This document shows positions 40,802 through 52,483 of a stretch of DNA of 64,000 bases, piece after piece. A program made the translations under genes and the position numbers. Within the stretch, counting starts at the first letter, position 1. Every line of letters begins with the position of its first letter. The DNA comes from Thermodesulfobacteriota bacterium (GTDB taxonomy: Bacteria > Desulfobacterota > Desulfarculia > JACQYL01): NCBI GenBank assembly GCA_963675595.2, contig CAXXLZ010000001.1, positions 288,001-352,000 on the forward strand, given 5' to 3'. The notes under the pieces were generated by a model. It did not search any database. It saw only the letters and a program-made list of their open reading frames with translations, and had not been told where the DNA came from.

Positions 40802-42186
40802 CATAAGCGCTAACTTAAGCATTGTTTGCTATGCTTCTTTCCGTCTGAGGAATCAGCCGCTGAAGTGCTCGTTTCCTTGGCGGTTCTCGCAAATAAAAAG
40901 ATATGTTATCCCAGCCGGCAATGCATTCGGCCAAGCCGAGTTTAGGGTTCACGGCTTGTTTCAGCAGGTGTAACATAAACATGGTCTCTCTCCAGAAGCA
41001 TCGATTTCTACGGTGGTTCTTTTTGGAGTGGGTATCCCCAGGGAAAAAAAGATTCGCCTGCGGCGATCATGGCCTCCACTAAGAAAGCCACCAGTAGTTT
41101 CCCATGGATCCAGGCCTTGGCTCCTTCGATGTCGGTCTTTCTAAGATGGCCTAAACCGAGAATGGACTTTAGACGCTTGAAAGCGAGTTCAATTTGCCAT
41201 CGACCTCGGTACATCTCGAGGACCTGAGAGGGCGAGATTTCACGGCCCAATGTTGTGAAAACAAATATGTAGGCCGCCGCTTCGAGGGTGTCCGGAGTAA
41301 CTTGGCGACCTTTTTTCCTCGCCTCTTTTTCTATCGCTTTACGAGCTTTTTCAGTGGCGTCTTTGCTCTTCTTGATGGCACAGATTCTACCTGCAACCAA
41401 GCGTTGTTCAAATGGAACGAATGCATCCCAGTCGCCAAGCTTATTTACACGTAACGTCCTTAGATGAGGGAGTAATTGGAATCGTTCCCCTTGCTTGTCC
41501 ACCATGGCGACACGGTGTTTCATTCGAACCAGGACGTCGCCGCCGTTGTCTATGACATGGTGAATTCCTCTTGGTGTGCAATAGGCTCTATCCGCTACAA
41601 GAAGTTCACCGCCATGGACTTTGAAATTGGTGAAGGATTCTCCGATCTTGGGGTCTGTTACATAGACTTCGTCGCAGCGCAGCGAAGGCAATTGTATGGA
41701 ATAATGGACCCTCCAAGTCGTTCCGGTACTTCCAGGTTCTTGAATGGTGGAGGCATCGATCAACCTGATGCGTGAATTCTCTCCAAAAACAACGGCGGGC
41801 AGCTTTCGAAACCATTTCTCCATGACCCCTAAGGCCATCCACCGAAACCACTCTCCGCATTTATTCAGTCGTTTTAGGAGAGCTACGTCGGAAATCGACG
41901 TAATGTTGCCGAACCTGGCTTTGGCCGCCGTCAGCCGAAGTGAGCAACCTTCCGCCAGATGGATCAGAAGCGTTCGCAACAGACCTTCGGCGTCCACGAA
42001 CTTACGGTATCTGACAACGGCACCAAGTTCCCTTGCTTTGGATTGCCAGCCATCGGGAAGAAAACCCTGGAGAACTTCCCAGTCTTCCATTTCCTCGGAA
42101 AAAACGAGACGCTCCATTGCCACCTCCTTTGGCGGCAACGGTACCATAAACCTCACCAAAACAAAAGGCTTAAGTTAGCGCTTATG
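40802..42186 (-). mobile_element. IS4-family insertion sequence
   Basis: Perfect 19-bp TIR CATAAGCGCTAACTTAAGC; 11-bp TSD CCCTTTAGGGG at 40791-40801 and 42187-42197. Confidence 0.95.
41008..42117 (-). CDS. IS4 family DDE transposase
   Basis: IDAST, ADRAY, YRGRWQIELAFKRLK (Y-2-R-3-E-6-K signature). Confidence 0.93.
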   Translation of the reverse strand: MERLVFSEEMEDWEVLQGFLPDGWQSKARELGAVVRYRKFVDAEGLLRTLLIHLAEGCSLRLTAAKARFGNITSISDVALLKRLNKCGEWFRWMALGVMEKWFRKLPAVVFGENSRIRLIDASTIQEPGSTGTTWRVHYSIQLPSLRCDEVYVTDPKIGESFTNFKVHGGELLVADRAYCTPRGIHHVIDNGGDVLVRMKHRVAMVDKQGERFQLLPHLRTLRVNKLGDWDAFVPFEQRLVAGRICAIKKSKDATEKARKAIEKEARKKGRQVTPDTLEAAAYIFVFTTLGREISPSQVLEMYRGRWQIELAFKRLKSILGLGHLRKTDIEGAKAWIHGKLLVAFLVEAMIAAGESFFPWGYPLQKEPP

Positions 42187-42844
42187 CCCTTTAGGGGTGT
42201 ACGATATCTTGAAATAGCCGTTCGCGTCGGTTTGCCCTGTGCCGAGCATAACCGCACCGGAACGCCGCTCCTCCCCCGCCGCGTAAAGCGTGACCAGGGC
42301 GTCCGCGATGGGCGTGTCGCCGCTCAGCACTCGACCGTTCCGAGTTGCAGTGACTTCGTCGTCGGAACTGGAACATGCGGCCATGATCAGCAGGATTGAA
42401 CAGACGGCCGTTAAACGAAGGAGCTTTCGAATCGCCATAAACACTCTCCAATGCTGGTAAGGGGTGGCTGTTGGAGTACCTTAACGGAATTAAGGCTAAC
42501 CATTGGATGGGCGGGATGGAAGCGGTTGAGTAAAGAATCGAGTTGTTTTATGACTCCCATCGGCGGATTTGTGGGTGTTTATACGGCGGATTTGAGACGG
42601 AAAACGTACAGGAACCCTCTGATGTTTCCGAGGAAATGAGGTCGGCGGCAGCGGGAATCGGGAGCAAGTGTAATGGGTCTTATTACGTATTTCTATTATA
42701 TTTCGAAGAAGGACTTGAACTCAAGCGGGTGAATCGCCTCATGCCGTGTGCCGGGTCCACTGCGGCAAGCACAACTCCGGCCCGGGTCGAGAAGTCTTCG
42801 TCGACCCAGGCGGTTCCGGTGCATTTCCCAAGGGCCTTCGGTGT

Positions 42845-45247
42845 TCAGGAGCCCAGGGCTTCCCGCACTTTTCGGCTCAGGTCCGCCTTCAAAAAGGGCT
42901 TCTGCAGAAAGAAAATACCTTCCTCCAGCACACCCTCATGGGCGATCACCTCGGCCGTGTAGCCGGACATGAAAAGAACTTTGATCTCCGGACGGAGGTG
43001 TCGGAGTCTGTCGGCAAAGTCACGACCATTCATTTCGGGCAACACCACGTCGGTGATCAGCAGATGAATCACCTCCGATGTGCCGGCGGCCAGATCCAAC
43101 GCTTCGCCGGGAGTTCTCGCGGTAAGCACCGTGTAGCCCAGATTCTCCAGCATCGCATTGCCGAGTTCCAGCATGGAAGGATCGTCTTCAACCAGCAGCA
43201 CCGTTTCGCTATGGCTGGAGGGAGTCTCGGCCGAGGTCTCCGAGGTTTTTTCGACTTCGGACCCTGTATGTCGGAGCAAATAGAGGCTGATGGTGGTCCC
43301 TTGGCCCTTTTCACTCTGAATCCCGATGAGTCCGTCGTTCTGTTTCACAATACCGTAAACGGTCGCGAGGCCGAGCCCGGTGCCGCGCCCGACCGGTTTG
43401 GTGGTGAAGAACGGGTCGAAAACCTTCTCCAGGTATTGCGGATCAATGCCGGGACCGTCGTCGCTCACGACGAGGGACACATAATCGCCGGGTACAAAGC
43501 CGTTACGGTCGGCGCAATGGGTTTCGTCGAAAGTGACGTTCTTGGTTTCGATGGTGACTTTGCCCACTCCGCCGATGGCATCGCGGGCGTTAACGCACAG
43601 GTTGACCAAAATCTGATCCACCTGTACCGGATCCAATTTGACCCACCATAATTCTCTTCCGGGAAGCCAAACGAGATCGATGTCTTCACCGATCAGCTTT
43701 CGCAGCAGTTTGAGCATGCTTTCCACGGTTTTGTTCAGATCGATTACCTTGGGGGCGATGGTTTGTTGACGCGCAAAGGCCAATAATTGCCGGGTAATTT
43801 CGCTGGAACGCTTGCCCGCATCGAGGATCTCCTTGAGATTGGATCGTAAAGGGTCTTCCGGGCTCACGTTGGACAGGGCCAGTTCGGCATAGCCCATGAT
43901 TACATTGAGCATGTTGTTGAAATCGTGGGCCACGCCTCCCGCCAGCCGACCCACGGATTCCATCTTCCGCGCCTGGAGCAGTTGCTCCTCCAATTGGAGG
44001 TGTTCCGTGATGTCGTGCTTAATGGCCACATAGTTGACCACTCGGCCCGCTTTGTCGAACACCGGAGAAATGGTCCCGTCTTCGACATAGTGTTTTCCGT
44101 CCCGGCGCTTGTTGACCATGCGCCCTTTCCAGGTCTTCCCGGAAGTAATGGTTTCCCACAGGTTTCGGTAAAAGGCCCGATCCTGCTCACCGCTTTTCAG
44201 CATACGGGGGGTCCGACCAACGGCCTCTTCGCGAGTGTAGCCGGTGACGGTCTCGAATGCGGGGTTGGCATACTGGATCACCCCGTGGGTGTCGGTGATG
44301 AAGACGATCTCATCGGCCTCCTCGATGGCCGCCATCAGGCGCTCCTTCTCGGCTTCGCCTCGCTTCCGTTCGTCGATGTCCACGTGGCACCCCATGAAGC
44401 GCTTGGATTTCTCCTCGGGGCCCCGGATTATTTTACCGAACGCTGCGATCCACAGGTAGTTGCCGTTTTTGTGGCGCAGTCGATATTCGACCTGATAGTC
44501 CTGGACACGCCCCTGCAGGCACGCCTGGATTTCGGCCAGAATGCGGGGGCGGTCCTCCGGATGCAGCCTGTTTTCCCACTCCTCGAAGCGGTCGGGCAAT
44601 TCGTGGTCATCGTAGCCGATTTGGCGTTTGTACTCCGGAGAAAACCATATCTCGTCGGTGTCGATGTTCCAGTCCCACAAACCGATATTGGCGGAGGCCA
44701 AAGCCAGACGAAGCCGGGTGTTGCTGATTCTCAAGTCCTCCTCGGCCGCCTGTCTCGCCTGGATTTCCCGCTCCGCCTGGAGCATTTTCTGTTCGAGCTT
44801 CCTTACCAGTCGTTCGTTGTAGAGTTTGAGGACTTCTTCCTCTTTTTCCTGCGGCGGCGATGCGTGCCCGTCACGATGTCCCACATCCGCGATCACTTTT
44901 CCCACAATCTGCATGAACTCGGCGGGGTCGCAAGGTTTCAGAATGAAGCTGTCCGCACCGATCTTCATGGCGAATTCCTCATCCTGAGGCCCGGTGTAAG
45001 TGGCGGTATAAAAGATGAACGGGATATGGCAAAACGCCTCATCCGTCTTCACTTTTCGGCACAATTGAAAGCCGTCCATGACCGGCATGAGGATATCGCT
45101 GATAATCAGTTCGACCCCACCGGCCTTGATCTTTTCGAAGGCCTCAAGACCGTTGACGACCGATTGCACTTCGTGTCCGCTCCCCTTGAGCAGAGACTCG
45201 AGTAAATACCGATTCTCTTCGTTGTCGTCGACGTTAAGAATGTTCAT
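42845..45247 (-). CDS. Hybrid sensor kinase (REC-PAS-PAS-HisKA-HATPase-REC)
   Basis: [21 protein letters not shown]...GTGLGL; receiver domains at both ends. Confidence 0.95.
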   Translation of the reverse strand: MNILNVDDNEENRYLLESLLKGSGHEVQSVVNGLEAFEKIKAGGVELIISDILMPVMDGFQLCRKVKTDEAFCHIPFIFYTATYTGPQDEEFAMKIGADSFILKPCDPAEFMQIVGKVIADVGHRDGHASPPQEKEEEVLKLYNERLVRKLEQKMLQAEREIQARQAAEEDLRISNTRLRLALASANIGLWDWNIDTDEIWFSPEYKRQIGYDDHELPDRFEEWENRLHPEDRPRILAEIQACLQGRVQDYQVEYRLRHKNGNYLWIAAFGKIIRGPEEKSKRFMGCHVDIDERKRGEAEKERLMAAIEEADEIVFITDTHGVIQYANPAFETVTGYTREEAVGRTPRMLKSGEQDRAFYRNLWETITSGKTWKGRMVNKRRDGKHYVEDGTISPVFDKAGRVVNYVAIKHDITEHLQLEEQLLQARKMESVGRLAGGVAHDFNNMLNVIMGYAELALSNVSPEDPLRSNLKEILDAGKRSSEITRQLLAFARQQTIAPKVIDLNKTVESMLKLLRKLIGEDIDLVWLPGRELWWVKLDPVQVDQILVNLCVNARDAIGGVGKVTIETKNVTFDETHCADRNGFVPGDYVSLVVSDDGPGIDPQYLEKVFDPFFTTKPVGRGTGLGLATVYGIVKQNDGLIGIQSEKGQGTTISLYLLRHTGSEVEKTSETSAETPSSHSETVLLVEDDPSMLELGNAMLENLGYTVLTARTPGEALDLAAGTSEVIHLLITDVVLPEMNGRDFADRLRHLRPEIKVLFMSGYTAEVIAHEGVLEEGIFFLQKPFLKADLSRKVREALGS

Positions 45248-45269
45248 TATTGACTCTCCTGATCTTGAC

Positions 45270-45394
45270 GACTTGTTGAAATACGGGATCAGCGGCGATG
45301 AACTTCATCCGTCTTCGCTGTAACGTGTGTAAGTGCTCGGCTCGGTCCTCAGTATCGCGCGCGCCTTGCGTTCCATCCTGTTTCAACAGCCTGC
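45270..45394 (+). repeat. Degenerate MITE-like repeat family A
   Basis: TGTTGAAA...GCGCGCCTTGC...TTTCAACAGCCTGC. Confidence 0.6.
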
Positions 45395-45427
45395 TTCCGA
45401 CTCTTTGAGCGAAATGTTCAGCGCTTC

Positions 45428-45790
45428 CTACAAGAACTGGGCGATTTCGCGCACAAAGGTTTCAGGATTGATCGGTTTTTCGATGTAGCCGGTCGCGCCG
45501 GCGGCCAATATTCGTTCTCGATCCCCGGCCATTGCATAAGAAGTAACCGCGATAATCGGCACGCCCTGAAGTTCGTCGTGCTTTTTCAACTCCTCGGCTA
45601 CGGCATATCCGTCCATTTCCGGCAATTGGATATCAAGCAATATGGCATCAGGCCTTTGTTGCAATGCCTTATCAATACCTTCACGGCCGTTTTCCGCTCC
45701 GATTATGGTAAAGCCGTTCTTTTCCAGCAAGAATCGCATCATATAAAAATTCTGCTCGTTGTCTTCGATGATCAGCAAGGTTTCGTTCAC
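45428..45790 (-). CDS. Single-domain response regulator (DivK-like)
   Basis: IIEDN, LLDIQLPEMDG, AVTSYAMAGD, EKP. Confidence 0.95.
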   Translation of the reverse strand: MNETLLIIEDNEQNFYMMRFLLEKNGFTIIGAENGREGIDKALQQRPDAILLDIQLPEMDGYAVAEELKKHDELQGVPIIAVTSYAMAGDRERILAAGATGYIEKPINPETFVREIAQFL

Positions 45791-45805
45791 GACGAACCCC
45801 CTCTC

Positions 45806-45890
45806 AGCCCGTTGAAAAAAATCCGACTATTGCAGGCCGTTCAAAAACGATGCGGCGCAACGCAGCAGATCGCGTTTTTCAACGACCGGC
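45806..45890 (-). repeat. Partial MITE-like repeat family A, overlapping the kinase stop codon
   Basis: Minus strand reads GTTGAAAAACGCGATCTGCTGCGTTGCGC. Confidence 0.7.
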
Positions 45891-48800
45891 CATCCGTTTG
45901 GGAAAGCGTATGGAGAAGACGCTGCCCATGCCGTAGCGGCTTTGGACATGGATAGTGCCGCCCATCATATCCATAAGCTTCTTGCAGATGGACAGCCCCA
46001 AACCGCTCCCCTCTTGTTTGCGGGCAAGCCCGGTATCGATTTGGCGGAAGGGTTGGAACAGGCCCTCGACGTCTTCCGGTTTGATGCCGATGCCCGTGTC
46101 CGCAACCGAAAAGACGTAGTGATCGTTTTCACTCCGGCAGGCAACCTTAACGTACCCCTCTTCCGTGAATTTGACGGCGTTATTGATCAGGTTGAGAAAC
46201 ACCTGCTCCAATCGACGTTGATCCAGGGTTACGGTTGAGATATCATCGGCAATATCCAGCTTCAAGGCGATCGCTTTCTTCTCGGCCTGTGGAGAGGCGA
46301 TTTTCACCATTTTTTCGATGGATGGCTTCAAATCGAAAGAATTCAGAGAAAGAGAGAGTTGGCCGGCTTCGATTTTCGAGATATCCAGGATATCATTGAT
46401 CAGGTTCAGCAGGTGCCGGGAGCTGTTTTGCACCATGGTCAGCTGCTTACGTTGTTCCTGGTTGAGGGACCCGGCCAGGCCCTGCAGCAGGATGCCGGTG
46501 AATCCGATGATCGAGTTCAGCGGGGTCCGCAATTCATGCGACATGGTGGCGAGGAAGGCGGACTTGATGCGGTCGGCGGCCTCGGCCTGTTCCTTGGCCA
46601 CGACCAGTTCGGCGGTGCGTTCCTCCACGCGTTTCTCCAGGATTTCCGCGTGCCGCTGCAGGTCGATATTCAACTGCCGGACCTGCTCCTCGGCGTGTCT
46701 GCGATCCGTTATGTCCGAACCGATACTCAGTATCTCCTTGACCTGTCCGTGCTCATCGAGCACTACCCTGTTGCTCCACTCAATCCAGGCGCGCTCTCCG
46801 TTTTGCCGGATATTCTCGTTGATATTGTGCTCGAACCTTGTGGCGTCGGTGCCGATCTCCTCTATCATCCGCTGCAGGTCCCGGCCGGTACTTTCCGTTT
46901 CCGGGACAATGGTCCCCACCAGCGAACGACCTACGATCTCTTCTTCCGTGTAGCCGAAAAACTTCAGGCCGAACTCATTTAGGAAGGTCACACGGCCATC
47001 CCGGGACCATCGCAGTATGATGCTGTTGGCCAGCATCACCAGTTCGCGGTATTTTTGTTCACTCGCGCGCAGCGTCTGCTCCATTTCCTTTTGTGCGGAG
47101 ACGTCCCGGATGGTCTCAATGGCTCCACACGGCCGGCCGTCCTGGTCGTATAAGGGGGATGCGACCGCCCAGAAATGAGCGCCCCGACCACCTCCGAGAA
47201 GCGGCAGGAAAGACTCGCCGTATATTCTATCTTCCCTGCGCTCGACGTATTTATAGAAGCTCTCCAATTCAGGCATGGATTGGTCCAGAAGATCAATGAG
47301 CATGGGACGGCGTTCCCCGAAGAACGGTTCGGCATAGGCATAGTCCCCTTGTCCGAGCAAGGAGTCCTTCTTTACACCGGTGATGGCTTCGCAGGCCCGG
47401 TTCCACGCGATGAGTCTTCTGTCCTGATCGATCACGAACGTGGCATCCGGAAGAAATTCCACAATATCTTCGAATCGTTGTTGCGCCTTCTTCCTTTGTT
47501 CTTCCGCGTCCTTATGGGCGGCGCGTGTTCGATGGTTGGCGATGCCGAAAGACAGATCATCGGCGATTTCCTTGAGGCGCGCCGTTTCTTTTTCGTCAAA
47601 GGCGGCTGATTCGGCCGCGTAGATTCCGAGCACGCCCAGCGTGGTGGTCCCGGATAAGAGCGGCACCATTAGGCACGATGCGTAACCTCGGTTGCGCGCG
47701 TCCGCGCGCCATGACTTGAAGCTCGCATCGGCAAAGATATGCCTCGCTGCATGCAACCGTTGAGTTCGGAAAGCTTCTTCCGCGAGGACGCGACTGGGGT
47801 CGCTCGCGCCCCAAATGATGTTGGTTTCCCATGAGTCCTCTTGGCTGGATTGCGCTTGGACCCCGGGACGGAGGGTTTGGGCTCCTTCGGACTCGTTGAG
47901 GCCGATGCAGGCCATGCAATAGCCGCCGGTGTTCACCATGATCCGGCAGACGGCTTCCAGCAGCTGGGCTTCGTTCGTGGAACGCACCAGCGCCTGATTG
48001 CATTCGCCCAAGGTGAGCAAAGCGCCGTTCAATCTCCGCAATTCCCGAGTGCGGGCATTCACTTGTCGCCTGAGAACGAAGCTCCCCCCGAGACTGAGAC
48101 TCAGGAAGAGCACCAGAACCAGGCCGATCGTCCGAAGCCGCTCGGGAAGCTTGAAGTGCGTGTCTTCGGAAACCCACCGTTTTAATGATTGATAATAGAT
48201 GGATTGCGTGTCCTGCTTGAGCTCTGTCAGGTGGAAGTCGATGGCGTTAAGCAGCTCTTGGTTCTTGCCCTTTGGGGCTGCGTAGAAAAGATTGCTGGGG
48301 TGAAAAACAATCGAAGTGTCTTCAACACCGGAGTTTCTTGCATGCGTTAAGCCGTGGAAACGGTTACTAATGGCTGCATCCACCTCGTTATCTCTAACCA
48401 TGTCAAAGATGGTTTTATAATCCGGCAAGGCGATGACGGTAGTGTTCAAGCCGAAGCCCTGTCCAAGTTGAGTAAATGCCTTCTGTTGAACGGAACGATC
48501 AAGTACCGCAATTCGTTTTCCACTAAGGTCCAATATCGATCGAATATTGGATCCTTTCCGGGCATATATCTGAAACCAGGAGGACAACATAGGAACTTGG
48601 TGGAAAGAGAATATCCGTTCCCTATCCGAGGTGTGGACCACATCAGGCATAAGGTCGATTTCTCCTCTTTGTAAACGATCCAGTCCTTCGCCCCAGGTCC
48701 CGGGAACATATCGAAGCTTCCAATGCTCTTTCTCTGCAATGTATTCAATTATGTCGACAAATATGCCGGACGGCTTGCCGGATTCGGAAACAAATACTTT

Positions 48801-48950
48801 TGGTGAATTCTCATAGATACCCACCCTGATGGTCCGATTGTCCGCTCTTGAAGGAACGACACACAGAAGTGCGGAGGACACAAAAAAGACGGCTAATACT
48901 ACTAGTGAGGATTCAAGTGAAATACGCTTGATCCGATTGCTCATCATCAC
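45879..48950 (-). CDS. Sensor histidine kinase (SBP3-TM-GAF-PAS-PAS-HisKA-HATPase)
   Basis: N-terminal binding-protein domain; MSHELRTPLNSI, NNAVKFT, DTGIGI, GSGLGL. Confidence 0.95.
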   Translation of the reverse strand: MMMSNRIKRISLESSLVVLAVFFVSSALLCVVPSRADNRTIRVGIYENSPKVFVSESGKPSGIFVDIIEYIAEKEHWKLRYVPGTWGEGLDRLQRGEIDLMPDVVHTSDRERIFSFHQVPMLSSWFQIYARKGSNIRSILDLSGKRIAVLDRSVQQKAFTQLGQGFGLNTTVIALPDYKTIFDMVRDNEVDAAISNRFHGLTHARNSGVEDTSIVFHPSNLFYAAPKGKNQELLNAIDFHLTELKQDTQSIYYQSLKRWVSEDTHFKLPERLRTIGLVLVLFLSLSLGGSFVLRRQVNARTRELRRLNGALLTLGECNQALVRSTNEAQLLEAVCRIMVNTGGYCMACIGLNESEGAQTLRPGVQAQSSQEDSWETNIIWGASDPSRVLAEEAFRTQRLHAARHIFADASFKSWRADARNRGYASCLMVPLLSGTTTLGVLGIYAAESAAFDEKETARLKEIADDLSFGIANHRTRAAHKDAEEQRKKAQQRFEDIVEFLPDATFVIDQDRRLIAWNRACEAITGVKKDSLLGQGDYAYAEPFFGERRPMLIDLLDQSMPELESFYKYVERREDRIYGESFLPLLGGGRGAHFWAVASPLYDQDGRPCGAIETIRDVSAQKEMEQTLRASEQKYRELVMLANSIILRWSRDGRVTFLNEFGLKFFGYTEEEIVGRSLVGTIVPETESTGRDLQRMIEEIGTDATRFEHNINENIRQNGERAWIEWSNRVVLDEHGQVKEILSIGSDITDRRHAEEQVRQLNIDLQRHAEILEKRVEERTAELVVAKEQAEAADRIKSAFLATMSHELRTPLNSIIGFTGILLQGLAGSLNQEQRKQLTMVQNSSRHLLNLINDILDISKIEAGQLSLSLNSFDLKPSIEKMVKIASPQAEKKAIALKLDIADDISTVTLDQRRLEQVFLNLINNAVKFTEEGYVKVACRSENDHYVFSVADTGIGIKPEDVEGLFQPFRQIDTGLARKQEGSGLGLSICKKLMDMMGGTIHVQSRYGMGSVFSIRFPKRMAGR

Positions 48951-49377
48951 CCATCTCCTTTTGGATGATACTTTCGGATTAGGATGGCCTCATGATAAAG
49001 GACTTCTCGCTTCTTTCCGATCCGGCCCTGCCATTTGCTCTTCGGCAAGATTATAGCCGAAAGCATTCGAATCCACCATAGCTCGTGCGCATCGTTACGG
49101 TGCTTCCGACACGCGCAATCTCCCAATGATGGTAGAACTATCAGATAATTGGGTATATTACGTCGAAAAACAGATGAAGGCGGAAGAAATGTGAACCCAG
49201 CGAGCATGTTTACTTCCAGTACCGTAGAAATGGTCGCCGCGTCGTTTATGCGGCGGATGGTTCCGTTCCCGGATTCAGGTAACCGGACGGTATTCGTTTC
49301 CAAGTCGGCATTTCATCTTCCGATTACGGAAATATTTCATCAGTGTGGGAATGATGGACATTTCCTTAATGAATGTT

Positions 49378-51253
49378 GATGAGTTCGTAAAAACCTCTCC
49401 GTAAAGGTATCTAGTTGAAAATATGAATAAAAATGGCATTTATGGGTTGACCTTTCTTTTGGGTCCTGTATGATAAGTATCTGACTTGATTAATAATATG
49501 GTCCTTAGGGGGGTTGTTTTGTTTCGGCCTAAGAGAACGCAAAAGACCATTTTCGACCACGATATTTGCCTTCCCGCAGACAGGATCGAGGCGTTGGAGA
49601 AGACGTGGGCCGGTCCGTTCCGGCGCCTGGTGCTTCCCATGATCGATGAGGAGTCTTTCCGGCCTTTCTACTGTGAGGACAACGGCAGGCCCAACAGACC
49701 CGTGGCCATCCTTGTCGGAGCGTGTGTTTTGAAGGAAATGAACAGCCTGACCGATGCGGAAGTCTTGGGCGCTCTGGACTTCGATCTGCGTTGGCAATAT
49801 GCCTTCAACATCAACGCCTTTGAATCTCACGTCTGCCAGAAGACCCTGCACAATTTCCGGACCTTGATTACCGACAACAAGCAAGCGCGGAGCCTCTTTA
49901 CCGGAATCACGGACGCCATCATCGAGACGGCGGCCCTTAGCACGGACAAACAGCGGTTGGACTCCACACAGATCACTTCCAACATGGCTCATCTGAGCCG
50001 TCTGGGGCTCTTTACGCGCACCATCGAGGCGTTCTTGAAACGGCTCCATAAGAAACATCCCAAGTTGTATGAGAAACTGCCCCGACTTTACGACAAGGCC
50101 TACTTGAAGCGCGCAGGCTATTTTGCCGATGCAAAATCATCGCGGGCCAAGCGTCGTCTGGACAAGTCCGCCCGCCATCTCGCCGACCTGGTGGACCGCT
50201 TCCGAGGTCATCCGGAAATCAGCCGAATGAAAGAATACCGGCTGATGGCCCGACTACTGTCGGAGCAATGCCGTTTCACCGAGGGAGATCCCGACAAAAC
50301 AGAACTCGAGAAGCCCAAGGAAATCCCTGCGGACTCCCTGCAGAATCCTTCGGATCCCGACGCCACCTATGGGCGCAAGGGCAAAGGATATAAGGCTTCC
50401 CTCACGGAGACCTGCGTGAAGGAAAATCCCTTCCAGGTGATCACCGATGTGGACGTGGCCCCTTCCTATGACAGCGACCAGAAAGACGTGATGCCCGTTA
50501 TCGAACGCCTGGAGGAAACGGGCCGCAAACCCGAAGAGTTGTTCGCCGACGCAGGCTACGGCAGCGGCGAGAACATCCTTCAAGCTCACGAGCACGGAGT
50601 CGAGCTTACCGCTCCGGTGACTTGCGGAAAAGCGCCGGATCTCAATAAGATGCAGTTGAGTGACTTTGAAACGAACGAGGACTGCACCCAGGTCGTTTAC
50701 TGTATCCGGGGGCACGCGCCACTTGAATGCAAGATCGTTGACCGCGGCAAAGCGGTGGAAGCCGTGTTTTCCCGCGAGCACTGTCTCCTATGCGAATTTC
50801 TCCCCATCTGTCCGGTAAAACGGATCAAGGGCGGAAATTATCGACTGAAGTACAAGCGCAAGGACATGGCGACCTCCAAGCGCAGACTACAGCAGGAAAG
50901 CCATGATTTCAAAGAACGCTACAAAATCCGGTCCGGCATCGAGGCCACCATCTCCGAAGCGGATCGGGTCACGGGATTGAAACGATCGTGGACCCGAGGC
51001 AAAAAACGGGTCACCTTATCTGTTTTCATGAAGGCCCTGGCCATCAACATCAAGAGGTTCGTCCAGAGCCGCCTTGATAAGGCCAAGAAGGCCCTTTCCA
51101 ACTCGATAGAGGGAGGCAGCAACGATAATTTCCGTCGTCTTTGTAGCCTATGTCACGATGACAGTAACCTTGGCAGTGTTGCAATGGCCGCTTGAACTTC
51201 CAATGCTCCAAAAAACAGCCCTGTTCGTAAAGGGGGGTTCTTACGACGGCATC
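49378..51253 (+). mobile_element. IS1182/IS5-like insertion sequence
   Basis: Imperfect TIR GATGAGTTCGTAAAAAC / GTTCTTACGACGGCATC around a DDE transposase. Confidence 0.75.
49486..51195 (+). CDS. IS1182-like DDE transposase
   Basis: NGRP, RLDST, DPDAT...GYK, ADAGYGS, CxxCxxxxxC insertion, YKIRSGIEAT; exact start uncertain. Confidence 0.9.
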   Translation: MINNMVLRGVVLFRPKRTQKTIFDHDICLPADRIEALEKTWAGPFRRLVLPMIDEESFRPFYCEDNGRPNRPVAILVGACVLKEMNSLTDAEVLGALDFDLRWQYAFNINAFESHVCQKTLHNFRTLITDNKQARSLFTGITDAIIETAALSTDKQRLDSTQITSNMAHLSRLGLFTRTIEAFLKRLHKKHPKLYEKLPRLYDKAYLKRAGYFADAKSSRAKRRLDKSARHLADLVDRFRGHPEISRMKEYRLMARLLSEQCRFTEGDPDKTELEKPKEIPADSLQNPSDPDATYGRKGKGYKASLTETCVKENPFQVITDVDVAPSYDSDQKDVMPVIERLEETGRKPEELFADAGYGSGENILQAHEHGVELTAPVTCGKAPDLNKMQLSDFETNEDCTQVVYCIRGHAPLECKIVDRGKAVEAVFSREHCLLCEFLPICPVKRIKGGNYRLKYKRKDMATSKRRLQQESHDFKERYKIRSGIEATISEADRVTGLKRSWTRGKKRVTLSVFMKALAINIKRFVQSRLDKAKKALSNSIEGGSNDNFRRLCSLCHDDSNLGSVAMAA

Positions 51254-51445
51254 AATATTGCCAAGACTTCGGAGAATCAACGGCAACAGGTAGTATCTGG
51301 AATTCTTCGTGCTTTGTTGGTATTTGTTCACACCGTTTCCGGGGGGACATCGTTCACCCGGACCCCCAGTTGCGCTTTTGCGAATCGCGTACGCGATTCG
51401 CAAAACGAGCAGCATGTGCCGTACAATTTATTAAAATACCTAAAG

Positions 51446-51991
51446 TTTCCTATGTGGCCTCAAATCAAGCCGAAATTGAATAACCTTTTCCTATTCGCGC
51501 CCGAAGCGCCAAGTACGCATGCGATGCTAAAACGAAGATGCCGCCATTTGCAGGACGCTGCGAATACAGCCAAACTTTAGCCGCGGCCACCCTCGCTGTT
51601 ACCGAATCGGCTTGAGGCACGGGACCCACCTCAAGTAGGGTCCCGAGCCGGTTGAGTCCGGTTAAACGTGTTTCGGGGGCTTCACGCCTGGGTTGCTTGG
51701 AGACGAAATTCAAAACACCGCTTTTCCAGGGTCAATCGCCACAAAATAAGGGCGAGTTTTCGTGCCAATGCGCAGATGGCCTTTTGGGGAAGACCCGTTC
51801 GACCCAGGAGTTTACGATAATGCAATTCGGCCGCCGGATCTTTGGACTTCCACGTCCAGGCCGCCTCCACCAACAGGCTCCGAAGCCGCGTCTGCCCCAC
51901 CGGATGAAGCGCTCCTCGGAATTTCCGCTCTCCGCTTTGTCGCACCAATGGGGCGAGTCCCAAGTAGCTGGTGACCTCCTCCGCCCGGAGA
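51446..51991 (-). mobile_element. Truncated IS1111-type IS110 copy (3' transposase plus downstream ncRNA end)
   Basis: Closely similar to 55800-56349 (EEVTSYLGLAP...ALARKLA; end TTGAGGCCACATAGGAAA). Confidence 0.9.
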
Positions 51992-51994
51992 AAC

Positions 51995-52308
51995 CGATCA
52001 AATACGAGTCGATGAAGGAATTGCTGGACGGATTGCGAACCTACTTCGAATATTGCAGCAACCACCGGCCCCATCAGACTCCGAAGGGAAAAACTCCGGC
52101 GGGAAGTCTACCGGGAGACGGCCACGGTCCGGGATGCGGCTTGATGAAAGGGAAAACGACCATCCACAAGGTTGGCCTCGCCTCGCCTGAGCGGCGCAAG
52201 GCTCCGCTCGGCTCGGCCAACTTCCGCAACGCGGATACTGGGCTTCGACCCAAAACAATACACCTTTATTCTCCGGAAAAATTGGTACTAACCTTGGGGT
52301 CCACTTCC
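51995..52308 (+). pseudogene. IS3-family remnant (integrase C-terminus and right end)
   Basis: YESMKELLDGLRTYFEY...HRPHQ...KTP; end TGGGGTCCACTTC. Confidence 0.65.
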
Positions 52309-52483
52309 GGTGACCTGGAGAGTAGAACGAATATCGTAGAGTTGCCGGACATTCTCGAGAAGGTGATTAACAGCAATTTCCAAACACACGGGGAAAAACA
52401 GGTCGCTATCGGAGAGACCGCAACATACGAATTGAATTCTACGCAGATGCAGAGCGAAGCCAAACTTCACACGGAGAACAGGG

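Larger units (their letters stand above)
39081..42444 (-). pseudogene. NHL-repeat lipoprotein interrupted by IS4
   Basis: Lipobox MAAC-SSSDD in 42444-42187; NHL repeats (PxGIAVDxxGNVWVAN) in 40790-39081; removing the IS and one TSD restores YTPKG-ESRVLYL in frame. Confidence 0.9.
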
